DNA of 64,000 bases from a bacterium. Its GTDB lineage: Bacteria; Patescibacteriota; Minisyncoccia; Sungbacterales; SURF-37. The position numbers and the translations under genes were made by a program. Of this stretch, positions 39,278 to 49,880 are shown in pieces (position 1 is the first letter of the stretch; each line of letters opens with the position of its first letter). Below the pieces are notes generated by a model that saw only the letters and a list, made by a program, of their open reading frames with translations, ran no database searches and was not told the DNA's origin. The stretch covers positions 47,722-111,721 of the forward strand of contig JAUSHI010000009.1 of the NCBI GenBank assembly GCA_030648055.1. Reading direction: 5' to 3'.

Positions 39278-40167
39278 TGGATGCCTCTTTTTTTTCAGCT
39301 CGTCCCTCTGTTTCGTTGCGGCTTAAGATCGGGCGCGTACTTACGCAATTTCGTGGCGGCATTCATAAAAGTAGGGTCATTGGGGGAGGTCATGAGTTCA
39401 GGGGCTTTCGGCCCTGGAGTTCAGACGACAGTCCGTCACGGATCAACTATCCCGCATCATATAAACTTTCGCCCGATCTTGACGAAGTTGTTGTTCGGAC
39501 GTCATACGGAGAGAAACGAACTTCTGTTGTTGTTGTTTTTGATGCGCGCGCAACAATGCTGAGTCCGTCTCAAAAGATGGTGCACGCAGGAAGCCTTTTT
39601 TGGCTTTTTGCTCTTTCTGCTTTCCAGGCGCACGACCGATTCCGGGCGATGTTCATGTTAGATAGTGGGTTTGTGGATTCCGGGTGGGTATCAAAAGAAG
39701 ATAATCTCGCAGAGTTTCTTGACCAGGATATTTTGGGACGGAGAGCGAGTGCATTATTTCTTCGTGCAGAGAATCCTCTTTCGCTGCTTGTTGATGAGCG
39801 TACTCGCGATGCGTTTCTTATCGTGCTTTCTGACTTCTGTACTTCATGGGATAAAGAGATCACGGCGTTTTCATTGCTCGGCGCGCAGGAAAATAATATT
39901 CATGGCGCATTTCTCGCTATGGACGAGTGGGCTGGTTCGGTATCGCTTGGTTACAGCATGAATATTCGAGACCTTCGTACGGGTGTGTTTCATCGGATGA
40001 CCAGCGGTGATCTTGACGAGGCGGCACGAGCCGCATGTGAGTCGTATTTACGCTTTTCTCGAAAACTTGACCAACACTCCGCTTCGTTCATTAAAATTCC
40101 GCTCACGAATGACCCAATTGCTTCATTTTGCCGTGCCGCGCTTGGGTTTGAGCTTAAAATAGAATAA
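39277..40167 (+). CDS. DUF58 family protein
   Basis: G.H.S...G.G.EF...R.W...D....I; D...TM; LSDF. Confidence 0.85.
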   Translation: MDASFFSARPSVSLRLKIGRVLTQFRGGIHKSRVIGGGHEFRGFRPWSSDDSPSRINYPASYKLSPDLDEVVVRTSYGEKRTSVVVVFDARATMLSPSQKMVHAGSLFWLFALSAFQAHDRFRAMFMLDSGFVDSGWVSKEDNLAEFLDQDILGRRASALFLRAENPLSLLVDERTRDAFLIVLSDFCTSWDKEITAFSLLGAQENNIHGAFLAMDEWAGSVSLGYSMNIRDLRTGVFHRMTSGDLDEAARAACESYLRFSRKLDQHSASFIKIPLTNDPIASFCRAALGFELKIE

Positions 40168-40286
40168 GCAATCTTTTATATTCCGTACCCGATGGGTACG
40201 GTTTTTTCTTTCTTGACAAGGGAGGGGCTTTACGTGGTATATATTGTTTAAATAAGATCTTTGACATTTCTAAAAAGGAGAAACAC

Positions 40287-41894
40287 ATGAGACGACTGGT
40301 GCCTCTTTTGCTTCTTGCTTTCTTTTCCGTTCATCTTCCCGTCTTCGCCGCGGATGACAAACCCAAAAACAATATTTCCTGGCGTCTTCGTGATTTGTAT
40401 TACCATGATGCTAACGGCACGATAGTTCAGCTTGAGCTTGCTCGAAAGCTTTTGGTCCGATTTACCCGTGAAATATCCAATGAGGAAAAAACGGCTCTAC
40501 TCGCGGAATTTTCTCCTATTGCCCAGAAGGAACAGCCTGGTAATCCGTCTCGCATCGTTTTTTCGTTCAATGAATCCACTTCGCTGTCTGATATTCTTGA
40601 CGCGGCAAATAAAATTACTGCCTCTGGCAATGCCGAGGCGTCGCTGGTTTTCTTTGTTGATAATATCGAGGCGGTACTTGAAGGAGTTGTTATTGAACCC
40701 AAAATTGTTCTTACTCCAGATCGGCTTAAGGCCAGAATGCAAAAGTATGGCGGTTTCACGTTACGTCAGGCGGTCAGTGAAAACGGCTCTTGGATTTTTC
40801 TAATTGACGAGGTAAAGCCGCCGCTCAATCTTCTTGTGCTTACAAATCTTATCTCAAATGATATTTGGGTTCGGCGTGCATATCCGCGGTTTAAGTTCCT
40901 GCATGATCCAATCGTTGCTTCCATCAATGTGGAGCCGGTATCGGGGACAATAGGCGAGACGCGAACAATAATATTCACGGTCAAAATCTTTGATTCAGCA
41001 ATAACACTTTCAACAGAGTATCCCGAGTTTGGTGCCGGACTTTTTCGGCCGATTCAAGGGTCGCCGTCAAGCCCTTTAAGTATACGCCATGTGCCTGGGC
41101 ATCTTTTTGAGCTTGTTGGAGATCCGGTGAGGCATCCCGTAAAACAAGAGAAACGGAGCAGGGTGTATACGACATCATGGAAGTTCAAACACTACGCGGT
41201 CGGTGAATGGGTAATACACCCGCTGACTGTTCCTTATACCAAAAACGGGGTTGCTCAAGAGATCAAGTCATCAGGCTTTACGCTTGTGGTTAATTCACAG
41301 ATCGGTAATCTCAATATTACTGATATGCCAAATCCGCGCTCACTTATTTATTTTTCCGAGAAATCCGAGGCTCCTCCCATTGCCGCACTTCCGCCGGTTC
41401 CATCATATTGGTTTGACGCATGGACGTCGCATGCCGATATTATTGCGCGATACGCCGGGTTTGCCGGGATGTTACTCGGCACATTGCCGGTGGCAGGAGC
41501 AGCAGTACTTGTTGTCTGTGTGGTAAAAAGAAACAGAAAGAAGGCGCGTGAGCGTCGTTATAGGGTCAAGCACATTGAGGAGCTTTTGCAAGAAGCCTAC
41601 GCGAACCATTCATATGCTAAATATGATGAGGCGCTTTCCTTCATGTTTGCCGCACTTTTTCCCGATCTTCCCTTGCATCCTGCTTGGGAAGACGTCAAAA
41701 ATAATGACGGCGCTTGCGAAGTTTTTGGCGGTGAAACAATGGCGCATCTTGAAATGGTTTTCGGTAAACTCAGTCGGCGATACGCGAGTAACTTTACGCC
41801 TAGTACGGAAGACATCATGAAGCTTCACGAAAGTATGTGTAGTATCTTTGACACAGTGAAGCGGGTTCTAAAAATGGAAAAGGAGGTCCGGTGA
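40287..41894 (+). CDS. Exported, membrane-anchored BatD-like protein with tandem prodomain-like N-terminal modules
   Basis: Signal peptide; beta-sandwich (TIGE...FTV, GEW.I.PLTV.Y); C-terminal TM followed by basic patch. Confidence 0.6.
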   Translation: MRRLVPLLLLAFFSVHLPVFAADDKPKNNISWRLRDLYYHDANGTIVQLELARKLLVRFTREISNEEKTALLAEFSPIAQKEQPGNPSRIVFSFNESTSLSDILDAANKITASGNAEASLVFFVDNIEAVLEGVVIEPKIVLTPDRLKARMQKYGGFTLRQAVSENGSWIFLIDEVKPPLNLLVLTNLISNDIWVRRAYPRFKFLHDPIVASINVEPVSGTIGETRTIIFTVKIFDSAITLSTEYPEFGAGLFRPIQGSPSSPLSIRHVPGHLFELVGDPVRHPVKQEKRSRVYTTSWKFKHYAVGEWVIHPLTVPYTKNGVAQEIKSSGFTLVVNSQIGNLNITDMPNPRSLIYFSEKSEAPPIAALPPVPSYWFDAWTSHADIIARYAGFAGMLLGTLPVAGAAVLVVCVVKRNRKKARERRYRVKHIEELLQEAYANHSYAKYDEALSFMFAALFPDLPLHPAWEDVKNNDGACEVFGGETMAHLEMVFGKLSRRYASNFTPSTEDIMKLHESMCSIFDTVKRVLKMEKEVR

Positions 41895-43102
41895 TGTTTG
41901 TGTCCCTGGTTTCGGGGCATCCATGGTGGTTACTTTTGCTCATTCCTATCGTAATCGGAGTTTTTACGCGAATTCCCTCAACATACATTTCCAAGGCGCA
42001 TTCTCATATTGCGCCTTTTTTTCTCATAGCGGGAACTCGATGGGGGAGGGCTTTACGATATATTGTCCATACTCTTCCTTCTTTTGTGAGCGTGCTTGTT
42101 TTGATATTAATCGTTGTGGCACTCGTTGATGTTACCAGGGGCTATGTCGTTGTAGTAGGACAAAAGATTTCCCAGCGCCTTATTGTCGCTCTTGACGTTT
42201 CAAGCTCGATGTATGGCTTTAGCACCAACCTTCCGACCGTAACTTGCCGGAAAAACTCTATGCTATTTCCGCGCATTCACGGATCTTGCCGCGCGCTTTA
42301 TCGCGTGGTGGACGATATTGAGAAGGAAACAAAAGATGAACTACGCCCGCGGATATTAATTGGTCTTATGCAGTGGGCATACAGATCGGCTGTTGTTTCG
42401 TATCCAACATCCGATTACAAGCGCTATCGTGAGAAAATCGATATGCTTGAATTCAGGTCGCATAACCTTGGTGCTTCTACGGGCATGCATGGAGCTCTTT
42501 GGGACATGTTTCTTATGTCGTTAGACAGGAACATGAAAAAGAATTCCGGATTTATGCATTTTTCCGGTAAAGATATGCAGGTGATTTACGCGTCGCTTGC
42601 GCCAGGACCAAAGGAATCATCATTATATCTTCCTAAGGATATAATGCAAAAAGTTGCCAAGGTTAAAGAAGAGATGCGGGATACGGTTTTTATTATACCG
42701 ACCGATGCGGTGGTTTCATATCTTGAGAGCCGTATGGACGGGCAACATCCTTCAATAAGGCGTCTTCTTCAACTTGCTGAAATTTTTGAGATTCCGGTTT
42801 ACTTCATCTCAACAGATGAAGATTATCCGGAACTTAAGCGTCTTGCGCGCCGCACAGGCTTCGGGCCTGCCGGCGGACTGCAACGCGGGGACTTCAAGAT
42901 TGTTCGGAAGGAAGGCGATGCCTATCTCATTGATGAGGTGATGAGCGGGGTTCTAAAATCTCGTTTCGGGCTTACGGTTCCCACATACGAAACACGCCGC
43001 GAATCGTATGCTGATCTCGCTCTTGAACTTGCATTGACATTTGCCCTCTTTGGGGTACTGTGGAAAAAGTTAGTGGTTCGCTCTTTGACAGATAGGGAAT
43101 AG
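41891..43102 (+). CDS. vWA-domain membrane protein (BatA-like)
   Basis: N-terminal PWWLLLL TM, MIDAS DVSSS, TD, C-terminal TM. Confidence 0.85.
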   Translation: MMFVSLVSGHPWWLLLLIPIVIGVFTRIPSTYISKAHSHIAPFFLIAGTRWGRALRYIVHTLPSFVSVLVLILIVVALVDVTRGYVVVVGQKISQRLIVALDVSSSMYGFSTNLPTVTCRKNSMLFPRIHGSCRALYRVVDDIEKETKDELRPRILIGLMQWAYRSAVVSYPTSDYKRYREKIDMLEFRSHNLGASTGMHGALWDMFLMSLDRNMKKNSGFMHFSGKDMQVIYASLAPGPKESSLYLPKDIMQKVAKVKEEMRDTVFIIPTDAVVSYLESRMDGQHPSIRRLLQLAEIFEIPVYFISTDEDYPELKRLARRTGFGPAGGLQRGDFKIVRKEGDAYLIDEVMSGVLKSRFGLTVPTYETRRESYADLALELALTFALFGVLWKKLVVRSLTDRE

Positions 43103-43113
43103 GAGAGGGGACA

Positions 43114-43896
43114 ATGATGAAGAAATGGGTAACTCTTGGATTAGTTTTATTTTTTATCGCGCTTGCGCTAGTTGGGTTTTCCCGCTATGTGAGGGTGCGA
43201 CTTGACGAAAGGCGCGCTGTTGCTGAAACGCGTGCGCGCCTTGAGACAGAGGCGAAGCTTGTTTCAACCGATCGGGTTGAAAATATCATGACAAAGCTTG
43301 AAAAACTCAGGCGTCTTGAAGACATGGAAGAGTTTGCTGTCAAGAATATCGCGAGCCTCCCTCAAGGAGAGCGCACGGTCGTAGGGCCCGCGTTTCGAGT
43401 GAAACTTTTCGGAGCATATTTTCGCAGAGGAGAACTTCTCCTTGGCCGTGCCGGTGATCTTCTTCGGAAGGATGAGAACCATCCAACCGGAAAGGAGTAC
43501 ATTGAGCGCGCCCGGAAGATTTATGAGAAAATGGATAAGCTTATTGACGAAGGTGTCTCTGCACACTCCAAAGATGCGGAGGAAAATGCACGGCTTAACT
43601 ATTTGAAAGGTGTATATTATTTTCGCTCACTGGTTTTCATAACAGACGCGAAAGCCGAGGCGCCGCGCGTGGAAGAGCTTGTTGGCCTTTCCGCCAAACA
43701 TCTCTCGGCGGTATTCCAGTACAAACCAAAGGATCGCGATACAGAAGTTGCGCTTGAGATTCTTCAAAAGAAAGCGCAACAAATGGGCGCCGGCGGTGAT
43801 GGTTCCGGCAAAATGCAACTCGAACTTTTGCCTTCTCAAGGCAATAATCAGGGCCCGACCTTTTCAATCGAAGGGTCAGAGGGCGGAAGGCATTAA
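43114..43896 (+). CDS. Membrane-anchored helical/TPR-like protein (BatC-like position)
   Basis: N-terminal TM; YLKGVYY; P.DRDT..ALEIL; operon context. Confidence 0.6.
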   Translation: MMKKWVTLGLVLFFIALALVGFSRYVRVRLDERRAVAETRARLETEAKLVSTDRVENIMTKLEKLRRLEDMEEFAVKNIASLPQGERTVVGPAFRVKLFGAYFRRGELLLGRAGDLLRKDENHPTGKEYIERARKIYEKMDKLIDEGVSAHSKDAEENARLNYLKGVYYFRSLVFITDAKAEAPRVEELVGLSAKHLSAVFQYKPKDRDTEVALEILQKKAQQMGAGGDGSGKMQLELLPSQGNNQGPTFSIEGSEGGRH

Positions 43897-43986
43897 GTTC
43901 ATGCAAAACACATTTCAGTTAAACGTCCCCTTACGGGGACTTTTCTTTTCCTGCAAGATCGGGTCAAAAGAAAGGAGGCACAAAAA

Positions 43987-45210
43987 ATGACAATGCATTT
44001 TCCATTAGCGTTTGACCTTGTGTTCCGTCATCCGTCACGGTTTTGGTGGGCATCTGTTTTCGCTTTAGTTTTTCTTCTTGTTTTATTGGAAGGACGAAAG
44101 AGGGCTGCAGCGTTTCAGCACCCATGGATAGCGCTTCACTCCTCGACGTCAAATCTTCCTAATTTTTTCGCGCGTTTGTGCTGGTGGACTTGTTGGACTG
44201 TTGCAACAATCCTTTTGGTGGCCGCGTACGCGAATCCCGAGAGGGTTTTTTATGACTGGGAGCGGGTATTTGAGCGAATTCGCATTTCGTTCATTCTCGA
44301 CATATCGCACTCAATGAAAAAAGCTGAAGATGTTTTACCAAATCGGCTTGAGGCGGAAAAAGGCGTTGTCCGGGATTTTGCCGCAAAGCTGGAACAAGAC
44401 AAAGAACTGAAAGGCAAATATTCTTTGGCGCTTATTCCGTTCTCCGGAGCCGCATTGCCTTACTATCTTCCGTTTACAACCTCGCGGGATGAGTTTCTTG
44501 CGCATCTTGATGCGATGGATACGGATACGGTCAATCGCAAAGGAACAAGTTTGTGGGCGGCGATTCGGGCTTTCGACGAACTGTTGCTTGCAAAGCCGGC
44601 GTCGGATAAAGGTACGGTGGATCTGGGCATTCTCATTTCTGACGGCGGCAAGGAAGAAGGGAAAAAGGAGCGCGCACTTATTCCGCGCACCATCGATGAA
44701 TTGCGCGATCCGTATCGGGCGCCGCGTCTTACGATGAGCGGAGAACGGGTTATAGTAAGAGCGAGAGAATCGCAGAGGAAGGTGGTATTAAATACAGTTG
44801 GAATTGGCAAGATTGAAATTAATGAAGGAAGGCGCGTACCATATCCCGCGCGTCTCATTAATCGCGATAAAGCCGGAAATTTCATGGGGTACGATCACGT
44901 GAAAGAAGATGATTCGAAAGGCCCCGTGCTTACCACTATGCTTGATGAGCAGATTCTTAGTGAGGTGGCTGTACGTGGCGGCGGGGTGTACCGGCATTTT
45001 TATGATCACGAAACCATACTGCAGGAGTTTAAGGCATTTGTGCTGGCAAATCGCGTCGAAGTTGATAAAATTCCTGTGCCGCGATATGAATCAGTGCGCG
45101 CGTGGTTCCTCGTCCCCGCATTTATAATGTATTATTTTCTCTTCGGTTATGGCGTATGGATGCTCCGCTTTTTTTCACGGATCTTAAGAGTGAATCGCCG
45201 AAGCTTCTAA
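43987..45210 (+). CDS. vWA-domain membrane protein (BatB-like)
   Basis: LDISHSM...DV.PNRL, PFT, GT, ISDG, TVGIG, LDE..L..VA...GG.Y. Confidence 0.88.
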   Translation: MTMHFPLAFDLVFRHPSRFWWASVFALVFLLVLLEGRKRAAAFQHPWIALHSSTSNLPNFFARLCWWTCWTVATILLVAAYANPERVFYDWERVFERIRISFILDISHSMKKAEDVLPNRLEAEKGVVRDFAAKLEQDKELKGKYSLALIPFSGAALPYYLPFTTSRDEFLAHLDAMDTDTVNRKGTSLWAAIRAFDELLLAKPASDKGTVDLGILISDGGKEEGKKERALIPRTIDELRDPYRAPRLTMSGERVIVRARESQRKVVLNTVGIGKIEINEGRRVPYPARLINRDKAGNFMGYDHVKEDDSKGPVLTTMLDEQILSEVAVRGGGVYRHFYDHETILQEFKAFVLANRVEVDKIPVPRYESVRAWFLVPAFIMYYFLFGYGVWMLRFFSRILRVNRRSF

Positions 45211-45328
45211 GGATCACTTATAAAAATACTTAGCTACCCCATTGGGTAGCTTTTTTCATATGATTTGACCGTGCGGTGATAGATGTGGTATTACAAAGCA
45301 AGTTCCTTGAAATATAAAGGAGGGGAAA

Positions 45329-46366
45329 ATGTATATAAGGGCGATTTTTGTTATCACGGCTCTTTTTTGTGGCTCATTTGGTATTTTTTCTTTCGCCGTA
45401 GCGAATGAAGAGCTTTGCAATTCTGTATGCAAGAAAATGCAGGAGATCAAGGAAAGAAGTAATAATGTGGTACTCATTTATGCGTTCGGTTCAAAAGGCG
45501 CTTCAAGCGGTACTGGTACAGTTATATCGACGGCTGAGGGCAATACATATATTCTTACGAATAACCATGTGGTTGAGGGGGCCTCATCCGGCCGTGTGTG
45601 GGTGGTTTTCGAAAGTGGAAAGAAAGAAGAGGTCGCGGTTATAGGACGGGATCCCGCGGCAGATCTTGCTCTCCTTCAGTCCCCAGAGCTTCCTCCGGGC
45701 GCGACACCGGTTATTTTCGGCAGAGAACTTAAAATAGGGCAGCAGGTATACGCGCTTGGATATCCTTTTGGCATGCGGAGTGTGACCTTTGGTTATATCA
45801 ACGCGCTTGAGCCGACTCTTACCTGGCCTTTTATTTGGACGCAAACGCCCATAAATCCTGGAAATTCCGGCGGTCCGCTCTTTAATGAGAAACGGGAGAT
45901 GGTGGGTGTAAATACCGCAGTTGTTCCAGTGAATATCGCGGTCGGGGGCGGTATCAGTTTGGTGATACCCATTGACCATGTGAAGCGGCTTTTACCACGC
46001 CTTACTCTGGAGCGTGTTGTGCGTCATGGCGTTGTCGGATTTGAGCTTGATGATTCAGCGCGAATACTACCAGTTTTTTTTGATAAATACGGTCTTCGCT
46101 ATCCTCCAGAACGTGAAGGGATTATGGTGACGGTTGTTGTGCCAGGTTTGCCCGCCGCACAGGCGAACATTAAAGTTGGTGATATTGTCCTTAAATGGAA
46201 GGGTGTCTCTTTTAGAAAAGCGCTTGATTTGAAGGCAAAGATTTTCTTTGACCATCGTCCGGGTGAAGAGGTTACCATTACTCTCCAGCGGGACGGTCAA
46301 ATATTTGAGCGCCGCGTTTTACTCTCTGAACACACGCGTCCCAAGGCAGAGGAAGGGACTCAATAG
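45329..46366 (+). CDS. HtrA/DegQ-like trypsin serine protease with PDZ
   Basis: TNNHVV, ADLA, INPGNSGGPL, PDZ domain. Confidence 0.93.
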   Translation: MYIRAIFVITALFCGSFGIFSFAVANEELCNSVCKKMQEIKERSNNVVLIYAFGSKGASSGTGTVISTAEGNTYILTNNHVVEGASSGRVWVVFESGKKEEVAVIGRDPAADLALLQSPELPPGATPVIFGRELKIGQQVYALGYPFGMRSVTFGYINALEPTLTWPFIWTQTPINPGNSGGPLFNEKREMVGVNTAVVPVNIAVGGGISLVIPIDHVKRLLPRLTLERVVRHGVVGFELDDSARILPVFFDKYGLRYPPEREGIMVTVVVPGLPAAQANIKVGDIVLKWKGVSFRKALDLKAKIFFDHRPGEEVTITLQRDGQIFERRVLLSEHTRPKAEEGTQ

Positions 46367-46589
46367 TATAAATAGCCAAATGATACGGCCCAAGGGGGCC
46401 GTATTTTATTTTTATTTTGGCAAACGCCCATATGATTATTATTTTAAATCCCACCAAATAGAATCTATGGATATTATTTGATGGCAGAGGAACGGGGGTG
46501 TTACGGATAGTTTATGGGTTGACCTACATAAGGTTGGCTTGCTACAGATGAGCTAATTCGTTTGTTCCTTTAAATTTAAAGGAGGCCGC

Positions 46590-48071
46590 ATGATCGCTTT
46601 GGCGCGGAAAACATGGCATCGTTTTTTTGGTGACTTCAGGGCCAGATACATTCCGCTTCTTATGGTGTATTTTGCTTACGGAGCAGCCGGCTTCTCGGCT
46701 ATTGCCGAGAGCTTTTGGGTCAAGGAACAGCTTTCTCTTTCAGCTCGAGACCTTGCCGTTATCGGTTTTTGGGTTGGCATTCCCTGGACCGTCAAGATGG
46801 TTTTTGGACAGTTTGCCGATAGCATTTCTATTTTCGGGTCGCGCCGAAAAATTTATATTTTTGCGGGCGCGGGCCTTATTGCGCTTGGTCAGGCGATTCT
46901 AATCGGGCTTGCGGCGGGATGGCCGCTAGTGAAACAGTTTGGAATGCCGGAGAATCTATTTTTTCTTGCCGCGGTTGTTTCCGTGGTCGGCTTCGTCTTG
47001 CAGGACGTCATTGCCGATACGATGAGTACCGAAGTTGTTGACCGGGTGAATCTCGATGGCACTCCTCGGCCACAAGAAGAAGTTGATTCCGATCTCGCTC
47101 AGGTTCAATGGCTCGGCCGGATCGCACTCATAGTGGCCGGTGTTTTGGTCTCCGGTATCGGCGGCTGGCTGGCCCAAGTGACGAGCTATACCACGATGTT
47201 CACACTTGCTCTCTTTGTTCCGGTGATTTCTATGACTGGAGCCGTGTTTATCCGCGTGAATCAAGCGCCACAGAGCCCGGTTAACTGGTGGGTTCTCGGT
47301 GGCGGGCTTCTCTTTGGTGTCTTTGTAGTCGGCATTAAGTTTTCCGGCCTTCCGCTTGCCGAAGAGATCGTCTTTGCCGCATCTCTGGGGACTCTCATTT
47401 TTTTGATCTCCAGGATTGGCATTTCTCGGGCCTTGGCTTTTGCGGCAATCACTTTATTTCTTTTCCGCGCGACTCCGGGCGCGGGGCCGGGTGTTGGTTG
47501 GTGGACGATTGATGTTTTGGGATTTGATAAGGCCTTTCAGGGGACGCTCCAGCAGATCGGGTCAATCCTTACTCTTGCCGGCCTCTTTTTGTTCCGAAAG
47601 TATATTATTGAGAAGCCCATTGGGTTTACTCTTGCTTGGCTTACGGTGGCGGGCGCGATAGTTTCGCTTCCGACCATTGGTCTTTTTTACAGCATTCACG
47701 AGATGATCGGCGTCTCGGCGCGCACCATAGCGCTCGTTGATACTACGATTGCCTCACCTCTTGGCCAGCTTTCCATGGTGCCGCTTCTTACCCTTACTGC
47801 GAGGACTTGCCCTAAGGGTAATGCGGGTACATGGTTTGCTTTGATGGCATCACTAATGAATTTAGCATTATCCGCAAGTCAGCTCGGGACAAAGTATTTA
47901 AACACCGCTTGGGTAGTGACGCGCGAAGTGCGTAATGCTTCGGGCTCGGTGGTTACCGCGGCTGATTATTCAAATGTCGGCGTGCTCCTCATCACCACGT
48001 GGGTGATCGGGCTTGTCGTGCCGCTTTTCACTATTTGGTTCTTTCTCCGGAGAAGTAGTTCTTCCGGCTAA
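46590..48071 (+). CDS. BT1-family (folate/biopterin) MFS transporter
   Basis: PWTVKMVFG...D...IFG.RR..Y, QDVIAD, CP.G..GT.FALMAS..NL; about 12 TMs. Confidence 0.82.
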   Translation: MIALARKTWHRFFGDFRARYIPLLMVYFAYGAAGFSAIAESFWVKEQLSLSARDLAVIGFWVGIPWTVKMVFGQFADSISIFGSRRKIYIFAGAGLIALGQAILIGLAAGWPLVKQFGMPENLFFLAAVVSVVGFVLQDVIADTMSTEVVDRVNLDGTPRPQEEVDSDLAQVQWLGRIALIVAGVLVSGIGGWLAQVTSYTTMFTLALFVPVISMTGAVFIRVNQAPQSPVNWWVLGGGLLFGVFVVGIKFSGLPLAEEIVFAASLGTLIFLISRIGISRALAFAAITLFLFRATPGAGPGVGWWTIDVLGFDKAFQGTLQQIGSILTLAGLFLFRKYIIEKPIGFTLAWLTVAGAIVSLPTIGLFYSIHEMIGVSARTIALVDTTIASPLGQLSMVPLLTLTARTCPKGNAGTWFALMASLMNLALSASQLGTKYLNTAWVVTREVRNASGSVVTAADYSNVGVLLITTWVIGLVVPLFTIWFFLRRSSSSG

Positions 48072-48097
48072 CAGACGGGAAATCCCGTCTGTTTTTT

Positions 48098-48292
48098 CAT
48101 TGTTTGCCTTCGACGTGTCGTCGGAGTTGCAAACAATAGAACCCAGCCCTCTAAGCCATTGAATTACTTTGCTTCTTTGACTAAAAGCCCTTCACTTATA
48201 TTTATAAATGACACTTATTCGAACAGCATAGAGGGCTGGGTGAAGGTTTTGTAACCAAAATTTGGAACAAATTTTGGACAAAGCCCTTCATT
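48098..48292. repeat. Tripartite palindromic element (family A), core 48141-48241
   Basis: acccagccctct...agagggctgggt core with bulged hairpins on both sides. Confidence 0.85.
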
Positions 48293-48380
48293 TGACTCAA
48301 TTATTTTTATGTAGTACAGCTAAATATATAGCAGGTTCGTTTAAAACCTCTACGGAGGAAATAAGAAAAGGAGAAAGCTC

Positions 48381-49607
48381 ATGAAACTTCATTGGGTTTT
48401 CGTTATCGTTTTTGCGTTTCTTGTCGTTTCTCTTGGTACGGTTATGGCGCCGGTTACGGTCCATTCGGCGGAGCCTACTGGCGAAGAGGTAAACACTATC
48501 AAGGCAGAGATGATGACGTTCGCTGAAATTCTTTACTACTACGCCACAGAAGCGCTTGAAAAGCCCGCGGACCTCAAGGCCTGTGCCTATGAGATGCTTC
48601 GCATGAAGCCCGCGGAGCAGAAGAGTTGCCGTGACAAGTATTCGGTTTGGTATCCGAAGGAAGAGGTTGAAATGGTTGAGGCAGACATGGAGGGAAAGTT
48701 TGGCGGCATCGGCGCGGAGCTTACTGACAAGGACGGAAAAGTTGTGGTCGTGGCTCCCATTGACGGCACGCCGGCATTTCGCGCAGGTTTGAAGCCCGGG
48801 GACGAAATTCTTGAAGTTGATGGCGTTAAGGTTGAGAGTGTGTCTGGTGCGGTAAAGCGCGTTCGCGGGAAGATCGGAACATCAGTTGAGATAAAAGTTA
48901 GGCGCGATGGGAAGAACGACACGATCGTTTTCACAATCGTTCGTGCCGAGATCGTCATTCAGGCGGTTGAGATGAAAGTGCTTCACGGCGCGAATGGAGA
49001 GGCGGGGTATCTTCGCGTGAAGACCTTCAGCGAAGTGATGCCCGATGAGTTTCACAAAGAGATGACGAAACTTCGTGATTCCGGTATTACCAAGGTTGTT
49101 CTTGATTTTCGTGGTAATCCCGGTGGGTTTCTTAATGTAGCATTAGATATTCTTTACGATTTTGCGCGTGAAAGCGATACTTTGATGGTCATGCGCGAGC
49201 GCGATGAGGAAACGGTGTTTGATGCTCTGTCTGTGGGGCGCGCGGTTTTGAAAACCGAGCGCAAACGCACACATGGAATGTTTCTCGGTATGGCGGTTGT
49301 GATTCTCGTGAACAAAGGGAGCGCTTCTGCCTCGGAGGTCTTCGCCGGGACCATGAAGGATTGGGGGTATCCGGTGATTGGCACGAATACTTTCGGCAAG
49401 GGGATTGGACAAACGCATCTTCCGCTTTCCGATGGTTCGGTTTTGAGTCTGACCACTTTTGAGTTCCTGGTCGGCAACTCCAGGACTAAGATTCACGGCA
49501 TCGGTGTTATTCCGACTCATAGTGTTGTCGGGCCGAGGCCAGCCACTTCCGAAATTCTTCGTGAAGACAAACAGCTTGAAAAAGCGCTTGAATTGCTTTT
49601 CAAGTAA
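48381..49607 (+). CDS. S41 carboxy-terminal processing protease (CtpA-like)
   Basis: FGGIG PDZ, DFRGNPGG, SASASEV, TFGKG. Confidence 0.93.
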   Translation: MKLHWVFVIVFAFLVVSLGTVMAPVTVHSAEPTGEEVNTIKAEMMTFAEILYYYATEALEKPADLKACAYEMLRMKPAEQKSCRDKYSVWYPKEEVEMVEADMEGKFGGIGAELTDKDGKVVVVAPIDGTPAFRAGLKPGDEILEVDGVKVESVSGAVKRVRGKIGTSVEIKVRRDGKNDTIVFTIVRAEIVIQAVEMKVLHGANGEAGYLRVKTFSEVMPDEFHKEMTKLRDSGITKVVLDFRGNPGGFLNVALDILYDFARESDTLMVMRERDEETVFDALSVGRAVLKTERKRTHGMFLGMAVVILVNKGSASASEVFAGTMKDWGYPVIGTNTFGKGIGQTHLPLSDGSVLSLTTFEFLVGNSRTKIHGIGVIPTHSVVGPRPATSEILREDKQLEKALELLFK

Positions 49608-49647
49608 TAAATGATTCAAAAAGGCGCCAGCGCGCCTTTTTTCTTTG

Positions 49648-49880
49648 CCAATGTTGTCTAAATTTATAAGCTGAGTTCAATGCGAGGCGCAATAAATTTA
49701 GTTACAACATTGAGCACCCAGCCCTCTATGCTGTTCGAATAAGTGCAATTCATAAATATAAGTGAAGAGTTTTTAATCAAAGAAGCAAAGTAATTCAATG
49801 GCTTAGAGGGCTGGGTGAAGGTTTTGTTGCCAAAATTATGCGCGCTTACGCGCTTTTATTTTGGACAAAGCCCCTCATTT
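49648..49880. repeat. Tripartite palindromic element (family A), core 49716-49816
   Basis: Core is the near-identical reverse complement of 48141-48241; right arm overlaps the mfd 3' end. Confidence 0.85.
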
